A stretch of 64,000 nucleotides of DNA, taken from positions 307,776-371,775 of the forward strand of contig NW_019217879.1 in NCBI RefSeq assembly GCF_002571385.2. Reading direction: 5' to 3'. Below are positions 36,334 through 49,700 of this stretch, piece after piece. The stretch is from Stylophora pistillata. Taxonomy: Eukaryota. Position 1 is the stretch's first letter. The number at the start of each line of letters is the position of its first letter. The position numbers were made by a program, and so were the translations under genes. A model generated the notes under the pieces. The model was not told where the DNA came from, did no database searches, and was given only the letters and a program-made list of their open reading frames with translations.

Positions 36334-38093
36334 GGCTATCTTTAAATCAAGGGATGAGGAACGGAGGAATGAGTAGAAGGGAATGGGGAATCTTCAAATG
36401 GGAAATCTTTAAGGGCGAGAATCTTTAAAATGAAGAATCTTTCAAGTAGGGNNNNNNNNNNNNNNNNNNNNNGTGAAACAGTGCTCGATACAAATAGTTG
36501 AGCGGGTATAATGTGTGGTAGTAGGGTCTGTAGGGATGTATATGTAGTTGTTTTTTTTTCCGATTACCACACATTATTTATATCAATCCCTACATAATTA
36601 AAGGAATTAAAACTAGATTTACAAGCGCAAACTATTAAAATATGGAATCAGAAGTTTTATGCCCTAAGTCTTAAATGCATTTGAAACAATGAAACTTTTA
36701 CGAAATCTCTCAGTCTTGAAAACCGGGTTGAACATGCGTGACTTCCTGAGATTATAACGCTTGGTATTTTGTGGTGGGAGTAAATTGTTAAGCTTACTGT
36801 CTTTGTTTTCCAAAATGTTCTTAAAAAGTTTGTCGGTCAGGGCTTGTCTTCTGCCTGACAGAGTTACAAGTCCTGCCTTAACCAGCGCCTCGTCATAAGG
36901 AAAACATGGACAAATAATAAGCATCGCCCTCTTTTGTACTCCCTTTAATTCACGAGAAAGATACACCAGTAGACTGTCACGAAAGAATGGGCAGGCATAT
37001 TCAGTAATAGCGAATGCAGCTACGATAGAACTGTACAAATTCATCAGAACCTAGACCTGAGTGCTTTAACCGAGAGGGACAAAACAAGCGTTTCCTTGCC
37101 TTCTTAACACTGACTTCGGCAATATGAAATTGATGGTTCCATTTTAAGTCACTCGAAACATTTACACACCAAGGATCTTAGCATGCGAAACAACATCGAT
37201 TTGGTTGTCATTAATAACAATAGGATCGAGATCGAGAGTCTCCTTTGTACTTAAACAAATCCTCATTTCCTTCCACTTCGTCTCGTTTAGCTGGAACTTG
37301 TCCGAAGCAGCACGCGAAGCAAAGGCGTCCACAACGGTTTGGATGTTGCTTGCTTATCCCTTAGGTATTATTTCAGAGATCGTAGAATCATCAACATACA
37401 TCCATAGAACAAAACCTGGGATGTCAAGGTCATTGATCATAATTATGAATAGCGTCGCATAGAAGGGGAATAGCAAGTTGAAATGTCTCTGTTTAATTCG
37501 TCAATATACCCAATCAGACAAAACGCCAAATTAATCCTAGACTACGGGCAGACGACTCGTGTAGTAATTGTTTCACTGAAAAAAAATAGTTGTCGAGTGC
37601 CGCTGCCATCCGCCAAAACTGTTACGTCGAGCAAACTTCCATTGTCGCGTAGGTTTACTAGAGTCAACTGTCGTGAAAAGAGCAACTTTTCCACCAATCG
37701 AAGAAGATTCACCGTTCTAAAGATAACCATTTGAAAGATTCCCTGTTTTAAGGATTCCCTGTTTTATAGATTCCCTGTTTTAAAGAATCCTCGTTTTAAA
37801 GATTCCCCGTTTTAAAGATTCCTCGTTTTAAAGATCCCCTGTTTTAAAGATTCTTCGTTTTAATTATTTCTGCTTTAAAGATTCCCGCCTTTAAAGACCA
37901 TTTTAAAGTTCGCACTTTTTAATATTTTCCATTCTTAACATTCCCGCTTTTAAAGCCCATTTTAAAGTTCTCGCTTTTAAAAAATTCCCCAGTTTAAGAT
38001 TCCCCATTCTCCGTTCCCATTCTCCGTTCCCATTCTCCGTTCCCATTCTCCGTTCCCATTCTCCGTTCCCCGTTCGATATTTTAATGATAGCT
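36334..38093. mobile_element. Non-autonomous DNA element with minisatellite-rich arms, carrying a nested LINE fragment and a gap (36452-36472)
   Basis: The GGCTATCTTTAAA / GAATCTTTAAAA repeats on the left are mirrored by TTTTAAAGATTCCC repeats, (CCCATTCTCCGTT)n and TTTAATGATAGC on the right. Confidence 0.65.
36480..37455 (-). mobile_element. 5'-truncated LINE (RT C-terminal part)
   Basis: Minus strand IMINDL, YVDD, EYACPFF..VQKRAM and KTERFRKSF. Confidence 0.82.
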
Positions 38094-39918
38094 CGAAATT
38101 TGTCACGCTCGACTATTTTATCGCGAAATCTTTACATCGAATAAAAACTAGCTTTGGTCTCTTACGGAAAAGTGAGTGATGTAACTAAAGAATAATCCAT
38201 TTATCTGATTATTTCAATGACGAGATCAAGAGTCCAAAAAGAAGTGGCTCGAAAACTTTTTCTTGTGGCACACATGACCTTGGCTTCACCAGGCCGGATC
38301 TTATTTCAAATCAACTGACTTAGTTATTACTTGCCTTTGATTGCCTTTGGCTGAAAACCAAAGCAAAACTAGGACCGAAAACACGCAAAACTTGTGAATG
38401 TTCTGATTACGGAAGAAAATAAATATAGCGCCGAGAGTGACAAAAGTTCGTGGTTCGCCCAACCTTCAAAGAACTGCGAAGATTATGTGTTCCCCTTGGT
38501 TTCATGCATACTCGGTTAAAGAAAACGTGCAAGTTGAAGCTAACTGGGGAAAACGTGACTGGAAAACTACATCGGGGTGTACCTCGAGGGGACCGTTGGG
38601 ATTTGCTGTGTTCATCTTTTTATCGTTTTGCGGTATACTTTTAAAAACTAGTTTCTGATATTTTGTTATTTGTCGAACAAAATAAGCAATACTCCCGATT
38701 TATTCTACCCGTACTCGTTCACAAACAATGAAATCGAAATTTTCAATACCGCACTCAGCAATGAGCTGAGCCTCATGCAACATTGAAATTTCTCGTTGAT
38801 TGTTAGTGAACTCGTGTTGGTAAATCCCGCTGACTTACTCAGTGAATGCGTTAACCCGTAAATAAACATTATTTGATTGACCCCAGGTCGTGTTGATTTT
38901 TTATTACAAATGACTTCTGGACCTCTACCACACGCACTATCGGCAAGCCAAAGACCGGCGCGTGGTAAAGATGAAGGAAACCAGACCAGGTGAATCCTGA
39001 GACTCTTTTATATCGGTATCCAGAACCCCCCGAGTCCCCTTCATCCACTTTATTTCCCGCGAACGGCCTTTTGTCTGTCGTAAAATGGTGGCTCACATTG
39101 TGAACCTGGTGTTGACCCATTTCTCCGAGAAGGCGTGAGATGTTCAAAAGACCAAAAGGTAAGTTTTGAGAGAATTCCGTGAAATTTTGTCCGAACTTTG
39201 ATTGAAAAATGAGGAACAAAACAGTGTCGGTATTTTTTAGTTAAGTATTTTTGGAAAGTTAAACGCGGCCTTCAAACCTTATACTTGCCGATTAATTTTG
39301 CATTTTAGAAATAATCGATCTTTGTAGCATGAAAATATTTCAAATATCCGGTCACTGTGTTGTCACTAAAATCACGCAACACACATTCCAGGTCATTCTA
39401 TTCTTCCAAAAATTTCGCAAGTACAGTACATTAAATTTCGCAATCGAAACCCCTTCTAAAATTTGCAATTTCCTAATTTATTTATTCTGGAAAAGACCAA
39501 AGTTTACTCTCACCTGTAATACGTAAACACTGGTTCGCAATGAATAAATCGTTGAAATCGCGCAGATACGTCGAAACGCGGAACAAAGGTGTTTGAATTT
39601 GCGAGACACTCAGAGATCTAATTTTTTAGGGGTCTGAGTTTTCGTGACATCCTTTCGGGGAATTCTTCTCATGATTAAAATGCAGTTTCAAGACAAAGTA
39701 AATGCACATTCTTAAGCGCGGATTTGTACATAAATCTAGAGAAGAGAAGAGTACTCGTGGAAAATAATATTTGAAAAGAAGCATGGCGAACAAGTAAATA
39801 AAATAAATAACCGCCGAGGTGTGCTGAAGCTATCTCAGCGTAGTCCGTACCTGACCTATCTTGTAGAGTCGTTTCAAATTTTACTAGCAGGAATCTGTGC
39901 AACAAAAGTTTTAGCCGT

Positions 39919-39995
39919 ATCATACATACATACATACATAGTTTATTTGGTAACGCAGGTTAGTTACTGGCAGCATTAAGCTGATGTGGACCTGC
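39919..39995 (-). mobile_element. Extreme 3'-terminal LINE fragment (stem-loop, AATAAA, (TATG)n)
   Basis: Matches the tail at 10407-10480. Confidence 0.7.
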
Positions 39996-40761
39996 GATAA
40001 ATCTAACTTCCTCAAGATTTGTTCTCACATCATCCATGCTGAGTATTTCGAGTAAAAGAGCAACAAACTGAATCGAACGTGATGCTGTTTTAATTACTTG
40101 TTTCCGGAGGAACCTGCTTTTAATCAGCTGATTCTTGTGAGAAATGCCACAACAAGAAATCTCGCCAAAATAATTAAAGGGAAGGATTTGCTACTGATGC
40201 CAACTATCGAATACCGAAGATTTTTGAAAAAGAGCCGTGACTTTAGGGTGAAACTGTGACGCCATTCCAAATTTACACTAACCATGTGGAAGAATAAATT
40301 ACTGAAATCTTGCCAACATTGATCACGTGAAAGACACGCAAAACTCCCACATCCCATAGTCACGCCACAATCGTATTGGAGGTCTACCGATAGGAACTTG
40401 GTGTGATTTTCATCTGTCCGTTTTTCCTTATAAATCAAGCGAACAGTTCTTATCAATGGTCATTTAACAAAGAGATCTATTAGAAACCTTTTCAAATTTC
40501 TCCTCAACAGGCCATATTTAAAATATGAACTTTGCCCGGTAACAATCTCCCACGCAACCGGTTTTTACCGAATTCCGGTTAGCTGACCCGCACGTGACCA
40601 GCGATAACAATAGTCAAAGTTCATACATCGGGCTTTGTTACAAATTTTCGTTTCCTAGCGCGGGAATTCAGAGTTGATGGTGTACAGCATTGTTCGACTG
40701 TCTCCGTCAACTGTGTGCTATTTTACGTTTAAATTTCCAGGGTTATCTTTGAGGCAGGAAG

Positions 40762-43700
40762 ATGACCGAAAGCAACCCTCTTCTCGATAAATACATGAGC
40801 CTCGATCAAGGTGAGCGAGTCCAAGTTCTGTACGTGTGGATCGACGGCACCGGCGAAAATCTTCGATGTAAAACCAAGACCGTAGAAAATGAACCGGTCA
40901 CTCCTGAAGACCTTCCAATCTGGAACTTTGACGGCTCGAGCACTTATCAAGCCGAAGGCTGTAACAGCGATGTATATCTACATCCACGTGCATTATTCAG
41001 AGATCCTTTCAGACGGGGAAAGAATAAAATTGCACTCTGCGATACGTACAACTTCGATCACAAACCTGGCGTGTCCAACAACAGATTACCTTGTATAAAT
41101 GCAATGAATCATGCAGATGTCAAGGTAAGGAATTGTTTAGAGGTTATTTAAACGCGTTGTGCTTCGTCCGATCCAATTGAGTCGAGAGAAGCTTTCCGTA
41201 ATGCCGTTCGTCGGGCATTTGAGTCTTGTCCTTCCTCGTGTTCGATCGAACATGTGGCATGGTCTGAACTTTGACTTTCTAAATGCTTTGCCGACCGAGG
41301 AGATTTTAGAGTGTCTGGCAACACAGACGCGATTTTAGATATGACTAATTTTGCTTTCGATCGGGATTTATGTTACCTCTATATGCGATTGACTGGTCGG
41401 AAAGGAAATGGAATTGAAGCAGAAGGAAATTCCTGTGAGATGACTTAGACCAGTAGACCTGCTTTATTGTGTAATGAGAGGAACAATAGACAGTTGTACG
41501 CTTTTCTCCCTTCCCCTTTCAAAGTCATCTCTTCAAAAATTACTCGAGTTTTCCGAAATTTGGATTCGCCGAATTGAAGTAAGTTAAGGAAACATTTGTC
41601 AAGAAACTGTCGAATAGACGAGCAATATTTATTCACGGGCGTGTTTCGCAGGTCTCGGCAGTTACAAATGTATCTTTCATGAGGACTTTGGAATTTGCAA
41701 ATTTACATTTTATTTGCCAACGTGTCTGCTTGAGCCTCCCATCTCATATGATCTGCAATTCAAAAGCATATATTTCGCAACTCTCTATTTAAAAAACAGA
41801 AATCTTTTTTTTACAAAGCACAGAAAATAATTGCTTTAGTCATACAAAATAAAGGCGTGCTCGAATCGATTTACTTCCCGCCTCTTTGAGCAGACAACAT
41901 TGACATTGACATTCCCGCTAATTCTGGAAATGGAATGTCAGCCATGGGTCGCGAACGCTGGGCTTATGATATTTATTTGGCTTTTCATCAGCTTTGGTGA
42001 AAGCAGCTTGAAAGTTGAGAAAAATGGCAAAAAGTATGAAATGTTGTAATATTAAGATACAAGAGGCTAGACAATCCAGAAGGAAGCTGTGTTTAGGACC
42101 TAATCAATTTCCCTTCTTTTAATTTGGTTCACTTGACTCAAAAGTTTCTCTCTGCACAGAAGACATGTTTAACTTCTTAGTGGTAAGAAAACTCTCTGAC
42201 AACCTTTCTAACCCTGGCAGATCATAGTGATGAAGTCCTCATGAAGGATATAAACCATTACACTGGGTAGATGAGCTCACAATTCTTTGTTCATGTCATT
42301 CATGGAATGTGTCGGTGTTGGGTTGATCCCAACATATTGCTGTACATTAATTTCAGGACATATTGGAATGACAGATGATAATCTGATGCTCTGATTGGTG
42401 CAAGCATACCTTAATGCTGTGAACTGAATGGTTTGAGTTATATAACCTAATGCAGCAATCTGATTGGTGCAAAATACATGCACAAATGTGGTGATCTAGC
42501 TAGCAACATGCCACTCAATATGCTAACAGTTATTAAAAAAAAAACTCAAAACTGGAGATCTCCTGTTGAGGATGCCAATCTCCGACCTCTTAATTTTGCT
42601 CTACCACCTCTGCATTCTGCTTTAAGCAAATTTGATTTAGGAATGTGTCACTGTTTTTTCTTGTTTTCCAGTGCTGTGGGAAAATGTTAAAGGTCTATCT
42701 TTATGTTTAGGTTTTATTTTAAAAGTATTTTTAAGTGATTCATTTTATGGTTTTGCACAGTCTAGCCTTTAATCTTGATTAAACACTTCAACCACATTTA
42801 GGCAGCCATCCCATGGTTTGGTATTGAACAAGAATACACTCTGTTAGACAAGGATGGACACCCTCTAGGCTGGCCCAAGGGAGGTTTTCCAGGACCACAA
42901 GGACCCTACTATTGTGCTGTTGGCACAGGAAAGGTTTTTGGCCGAGAAGTTGTAGAAGCTCACTACCGAGCTTGTTTGTATGCTGGTGTTAAGATTGCTG
43001 GAACTAATGCTGAAGTCATGCCAGCACAGGTTAGAAAACATGTTGGTAAAAGAAAAGACCTTGTGTCTTCATCTCTGACATGTATGCACTTTAACCAGTC
43101 AGAGTTATTATGAGTGAGAAGGATTTAGAGTCATTTATTTGATTGACAAAGTAGTTGTCAAAGTAATAGTTATTGGTATGTCTTATTCATCAGTTTTCCA
43201 AGAAACATGCTTGTGGTCATAATCTCTTATTTGCAGAGATTAGATTCATAGTTTTTAAATTTTTTTGCAAAAAGAGTGAGTAGCAGTTGGGTAATTCCTT
43301 GAGGTATTTATGTGTCAGTCAATTTAAAGCTTTAACATCCCCCTTCCCTCTAGGCATTTGAACTTTTGAGGATTGGTTTGTTCAAATGCCCCACTTAAGT
43401 GCTGGATATAATCATCAATTTTTTTGTAAAAGGTAAGATCAACAACAATGACTTTCTTGTGAACCTTTTCTTCTCAGCCCTCCGCTTGTGGAAATGAACT
43501 CTTTACCTTTTATCACCTCAGTATCAAAAGATAAAGCATTTATATTCCTCTGGAAAGTTTGACAGTTCTGGTTCAAATTCAGTACCCCATCTAGGCAAAG
43601 TTCAAATCTCCCACCCCCTGGGCATGGAGGACAGTCTAATGCCATTGGGTTGCCTGGAGAATGGGGAGGGGAGGGCTGGTGTGGATGCTTCAAATTTACT

Positions 43701-44589
43701 GGCACATTATCAAGATCATTGAAGAATGATCTTGACTGTATTCTTGTGTTAACCTTGCAGTGGGAATATCAAGTGGGTCCATGTGAAGGAATCAGCATGG
43801 GTGATCAGCTCTGGGTATCAAGATATCTTCTTCATCGTGTGGCTGAAGATTTTGGTTACAAAGTATCCTTTGACCCTAAACCCATGCCAGGGGACTGGAA
43901 TGGAGCTGGTGCACACACTAACTACAGGTGAGAAGTTTTTGTGTACCTAAAAGGCTATTTGGCTAAGTATGATGTTGAACAAATGAACAGCCTTATGTTA
44001 GTATGGGGTAGCACTGCAGACAAGCACATTAGAATAAATATACATATAAAAGCAACAGTCAGTTCTTTGAAGGTTTGAAAGTGACTTAGAAACCATTAGC
44101 TTTGTGCTTAACTGTTTATTCTTGTTAATTCTCAGTCAACCTCATGGGAATGTCCTTCACAGTTACACAGACTTTTCACTTAACATCTTAGTCCCCATGG
44201 GGAATACATGGGAATTGAGATGGATTAGTGAACTAATTAGGGACCTTGTATTTTACAGTACACTTGCCATGAGAGAAGAAGGTGGAATAAGTGCAATCTA
44301 CGAGGCCATTGAAAAGCTCTCCTTGCTCCATGACTATCACATCAGTATGTATGATCCAAAGGGGGGAGAGGACAATAAACGTCGTTTGACAGGTCGCCAT
44401 GAGACAGCTAGTATTGAGCACTTCTCTCACGGTGTGGCTAACCGTGGAGCTAGCGTAAGAATTCCCCGTCAGTGTGCTGAGGATGGCTATGGATACCTGG
44501 AGGACAGGCGCCCTGCCTCCAACTGTGATCCATACAGAGTAACAGAGGCCATCGTGAGAACAACTATCTTGGGCCACAAAAAGGAGTAA
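40762..44589 (+). CDS. GLUL: Glutamine synthetase type II, 362 aa; exons 40762-41124, 42802-43029, 43761-43927, 44259-44589
   Basis: Motifs [99 protein letters not shown] and [12 protein letters not shown]. Splice phases are consistent; total 1089 nt. Confidence 0.97.
43308..43709. mobile_element. MITE in GS intron 2 (IS3EU-like termini)
   Basis: TTATGTGTCAGTCAATTT pairs with AAATTTACTGGCACATTA (15/18 match). No clear TSD. Confidence 0.55.
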
Positions 44590-45309
44590 TAGCTTAATAG
44601 CATGTAATGTAGTTATCATTTAATAAACTTGGAAAGCTGGAATGCTTAATTTGGGTTATCTTCCTCAGTTAAACAAGAGACAGCAAGGGCTCTCCAGACA
44701 AAAATCGCAACTCTTTAAGTTAAAAAATTTTCTTTTTTGTGTTTGTGTAGGAAAAAGATCTAATACCTAAATTGTCAAGATTCTAATAATATAATTGTAC
44801 ATTGCCGCTCTATGTAGGAGACACTGGAAAAATACTCCAATACCTGTAGCATTTACTTAAAAGCCACTAAGTATTTTTGATTAAACAATGTAATAATGTA
44901 ATTTCATTAGTTTTCATGAATGGGTTATTAAAGTACTTGCTGGTATCTGACCTGATTTTTAGTCATGGCTCCATACACCCAAGGCTTTCACTGTATTCCT
45001 GTATTTATATGATGTAAGAATTCTTCCACGTTTGCAACACAAGTGATGTTTTCACAATTTAAACACTTACTGTTGCAATGAGCTTGCCTCAATCAATCTT
45101 CTTGGGACTTGAAAGGTTGAGTTTTGACATTCATTGTTTCAAAAATTGCTTGGAGGTTTAGATTTGACTGCTTTGAATATTTTATTTTTATTAGACTGCA
45201 TGGTGTGGGTGAGGGAAAGGGGATGGGGTTGGAGAGTTGAAAGGTGAATACCTTGGCGTAATTATGGATCCAAGGTTACCTTGAAAATAATTTATTTTAA
45301 CTTAGCTTA

Positions 45310-45511
45310 ATTAACCCTTTAACTCCTTGAAGTGATTAACATGTAACTACTCCCATTAACATCCATACATCATCCAGCAAACAGGTAATGAGAATACTGA
45401 GACTTATCAGGTAGAAGTTAACTTGATCTGATAACAAATTCTGGTAACTAATTTACAAGGAAATGTGTAGCAACTAGTAGGGACAATTAAAAATCAGATT
45501 ATGGGAGTTAG
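45310..45511. mobile_element. piggyBac-like MITE, right end truncated
   Basis: TTAA|CCCTTTAACTCC start and a partial GGGAGTTA inverted end. Confidence 0.5.
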
Positions 45512-46271
45512 TGTTGGAATGCATCAAAACTAGCAAAGGAAATCTATAATTACAAAGTTAAATGCCTTTTTTTCCAGAGGTTAGGTTTTAAGGGACTAAA
45601 TGTAATGTTGGAAATTACTATTGATTTTTCTTTTGTACAATAGTTTGTTCTGTCAGCAAAGGGGGGGTGCAAAGGAAATCTTAAATTAAGCTTAAAATTG
45701 TGTTGAACATTCAATGCTTTGGTCAGTGGCAAGGTTTCTGAGCCTTGTCTTAAATGTCAAACTGACTTTTTTTATATTTCTGATAGTGAAGTACCAAATT
45801 CAACTTGGGTTGCAAAGGGCTTAAAGACTAATGAATCAATTCTCAAAAATCTCCCCAAAACTGCATTGGGACCGGTTGATATGTAGTTCCAGTGTTGGCG
45901 ATTTAGGGCCCCTGGTCCAAGTACATTGGATAATATGGACCCTCTGGACTAAATCCACCAGATGATATGGACCCCCCTCGGGCAAAGTAGATGTCTGTAT
46001 AACAGTTTTCTCTCCATTATGAAATTTTCCTGTAAAGTCACGTAAACGTTCTTTCAACCCTCTTGATTCTGGTCAGAGAATCCTCATTGTTGAATGCACC
46101 ACACAATTTCATACTTGGTTAAAGATTTCCTTTGCACCCCTAGCTGGATTGGCGGGTCCAAATCCGCCGTGAGAACGCACAGGGGCATCCCTTGGATCCC
46201 TTACGATGACCAATTTACATTATTGAATCAGTTGGGTTTAATACGAACCAACAAATTGTCCAACTCCCAGT

Positions 46272-46360
46272 TGGCTTGTTAGCTCAGTTGGTAGAGCACT
46301 GCACTGGTATCACAGAGGCCATTGGTTCAAATCCGTACGGTCCCGAATTTGTCTTTCAGG
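46272..46360 (+). repeat. tRNA-derived repeat segment (pseudo-tRNA)
   Basis: A box TAGCTCAGTTGGTAGAGCA and B box GGTTCAAATCC, but acceptor and anticodon stems pair poorly. Confidence 0.65.
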
Positions 46361-46715
46361 TCTTTGCTTTCAAACATTCCAAATTGCCTTGTTACCCCCT
46401 CAGAAAGTCATGCCTCCCGAAACTAAACTGAAATTTCGGGCAACTTGACTCAGGTTTCGGGGAACAAGACTTCGGGCGAGATGACTCGGGCGACTCGACC
46501 GGTTACCCACGCAGCACCACAGATTCTCTAGAAACTTGTACTCCCTTTACCCCCTGGATCTGTCCGAGGGTTGGTTGAGCTATGGCTGGTCTGGGCCTAA
46601 GTGTGCTGTTCCCTTGGTAACCTCTCTCGCTGTTGACAGTAGAAATGGCGGATTATTTTGGCGTGAGAGACCAGAGGTGTGTTTGAACGTCCTTCAGAGC
46701 GTCTTAAGGAACAAA

Positions 46716-49700
46716 ATGACTGATATATTGTGTCGGTGGCTTAACGAAGATGTTAAACTGAGCAGAATTATAGGTGAGTTTCTGAAAATCGGTGTCTAAA
46801 AGGTGCAGCATACATGGGTACAATGGGGAGAGCTAGTAACGAGCAGAGGATGTAGACATGCTTGTCTGAAATTAAAGCAGCCGAAAAGAAGTGTTGCGTC
46901 GTCAAATTCTTCCAAAATAAGGACATAACTCGAATTCTTTGTAACTAAAACATTGTAAGATGCCATGTTACATAAAATTATTTGATAATTTTGGTTTATA
47001 TATTTTAAAACAACTTCTGCTAAAACAATTCCAAGGCTCAAAAGTCTTAGGGTTACGATTCAAATACTCCAGTGTTTTACTTGATTTTTTTTAAGCTGAA
47101 TGTACCTAGAGTTTAATAGAATTGGGATCTCTATAGATTTTCCGGTGATATTTGAAGACGAAACAAATTTAGTAGCTGCTCTATCTCTTTTAGGGAAATA
47201 AAATGAGTTTAAATTGTTAGATGCCAACTACAAGTGCAGGGGCTGGAACAATACATGATACAGACTATAGATAACAGTTCATACAGCAACTTTATTGTTA
47301 TTCATTGTTTGTCACCTAATGCCGAGGTTTTTTTGTACAAAAATCTCTACCTATACGCGCACAGGGTAACACTGTAAGGTGTGAAAAATAACACTGATTC
47401 GAAGTCTGATAATTTTCTGTAGGTGGTTATGGTGGATGTTTCTTAGTTTGCATTCTGTGTGTAGCCATTTTCAATATACCTGATTTTCTCCTTACCTGCA
47501 TTATTTGTAGCCTTACTTTAGATATGAAATGGAAGATTTCAAACATGCTACTGATGGCAAATTGACATGCTTAGATTTTGGGAAGGCACTTGCAAATTAC
47601 AATATATTTTATGAGTTACTACCTTAAAATGTTTCAAAAACAAAATACATACATTAGATTTAGTTACACTAATGGATAATGGATGCAAGTGCTGTCATCT
47701 TTGTAATTCATAGATACATTTGTCATACTGTAAATATTGATATCATTTATACTTACGCTTATATTTAAATATTTTTACCTTAATTTATATTTATTTATGT
47801 TGTGTCCCCTAATTAGCACAGGTTTCTAACCTAAGCTAGGAGGTTTCTTTAGACACCTTAATAAAGTTTCAGCATCATCATCAAATATTTATTTTTTCTA
47901 TTTTAATGATTTGTCCTTACTTGTTAAATTTAGACCCCATAAACATTGCCAAGGAGTTTGCTACAGGTTACTTGCTTGGGGAACTCTTAAATAAACATGG
48001 CTTACAGGAGGACTTCTCCTCCTTCTCTCAGAACACGTAAGCATTGGACTTGTGTTGATATGGACAGTTAATCTGTGAAACAATATTCTGCCTTTCTAAA
48101 CCTTATTAGGTTGCAATTTTTAACATTTGTCATATAAATGATTGCTATTATGTGTAGAGATACAACAACTAGTGTAGATTTGAGTTCTCCTTGAGCCTTT
48201 TGTATTTACTTTTAATGATATTCAGTGGATGCAATCAAGGTACATCATATTGTACATTAAACTTTGATTTTAATATGAGATATTGAAGAACATTTCAATT
48301 TGTAATGTATAGTTGACAATGAGTACTGATAGCATGCTTGAATTTTTATCAACATTTTTTTGAAGTATTTAGGGATGTTTAAGGGAGACCTGCTGTTTAT
48401 ATAGGCTGTTCCTTCAATTAATCATAGCCTGCATTTTCATCTGTCAGCTTCAAGTTTAACACCTTTTCAAACTTAGCTTTATATCAATAAAGTAGTATTG
48501 TAGCTAATTTCATGTTAACTATTTTCAAAGCACCTCTGAATCAAAACTTCATAATTTCACACGGCTGGAACCAACCCTAAAGTTGTTAGAAGTTCCCTAC
48601 GATACGAATGTGGTAAGTAACTTGCATTTTTTCATTTACTTGGTATAAATTCATGATTTTTATCTTTCTAGTGTTCTAAAAAGTACAGCAACTTGTGTTG
48701 TTCAAATGAAGAAATAAAATTGTTGAAAAATACAGAGTATTAATTTTGTAGTTTGAATTTGGAAATTGATTTCTTCTTAGTATATGATATTATTATGTAA
48801 CTCCACAATTTATATTAAACAAATGTACTGCAAGTTATTATTCACAACCAATGAAATACATGTGAAAACATAAACTTAATCTAATTCTAACTTAAGGTAG
48901 TCAGTGCCCAATCTTAGTGACACAACTTTTAGCAGCCTTTGACACTGATGCGCTTTGTTTTCCTTAGGCACAAGCTATTATGAGTGAGAATCACAGTGCT
49001 ATCACAAGACTGATGTACCAACTCTTTATAGCACTTGGAAAGAAATCTGTGAGTACCTTAAAATAAGTAATGCCACTAGCATCATCAGGGTTGTTGCTAA
49101 GTGCAGGTTGCCAGCTGGCGATTGCTCATTAAAGCACAACAGGCACTTCTAAGGTTACGCACTTACATTTGTTTGATATCAAATGCTGATTAATCATCTA
49201 ATTGAAATTTTTTTATGCCTGAGTAACCTGAGCATTTGTGACCCTAGCACAACTAATATAATTGAAATAAACATTGTTTTGAGCACTTGGTAATATCATG
49301 ATTTCTTTCTGTTTCTTTTATCCACCATTTTGTAAACAAGAAGCTTAATTTAGGCTCAGCATTAAAAAGTTGGTGAATGATTGGCAACAAAATGTGGTTA
49401 CTAGGTTGGGTCTATAATTGCAGGCCAAAAATTCCCCTTCTAAAAGAAGAAAGCACAAAGCACCTTCATGTACTTTGAAGCACTATCTTTAAGCTCAGAC
49501 TCACTTGAAGTGTTAGCCGGCAGCCCTATTTGTTACATATATTACAAACTTATATCATTATTTCTTGTTCAAATTTTTGTATTTTATACCAGTTACTAAG
49601 CCACATGTTAGGAGCAAGGAAAATTTTGATGGGTTCCTTGTTCCCTAAAATAATTTCCTCTCAAGAATTATTTTTGGGCTTACGGTAATTTGTGAAACAA

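Noticed and set aside
38869-39219. 116-aa minus-strand ORF
   Set aside because: Non-ATG start, no recognisable domain, and antisense to a plausible plus-strand exon.
40741-40761. N-terminal extension of GS from the upstream exon
   Set aside because: An in-frame TGA (GGT TAT CTT TGA) precedes the ATG.
46272-46345. Functional tRNA gene
   Set aside because: A and B boxes are present, but the acceptor and anticodon stems do not pair well and the context is a tRNA-derived repeat. 1040-1125 on the minus strand is a similar, more decayed case.
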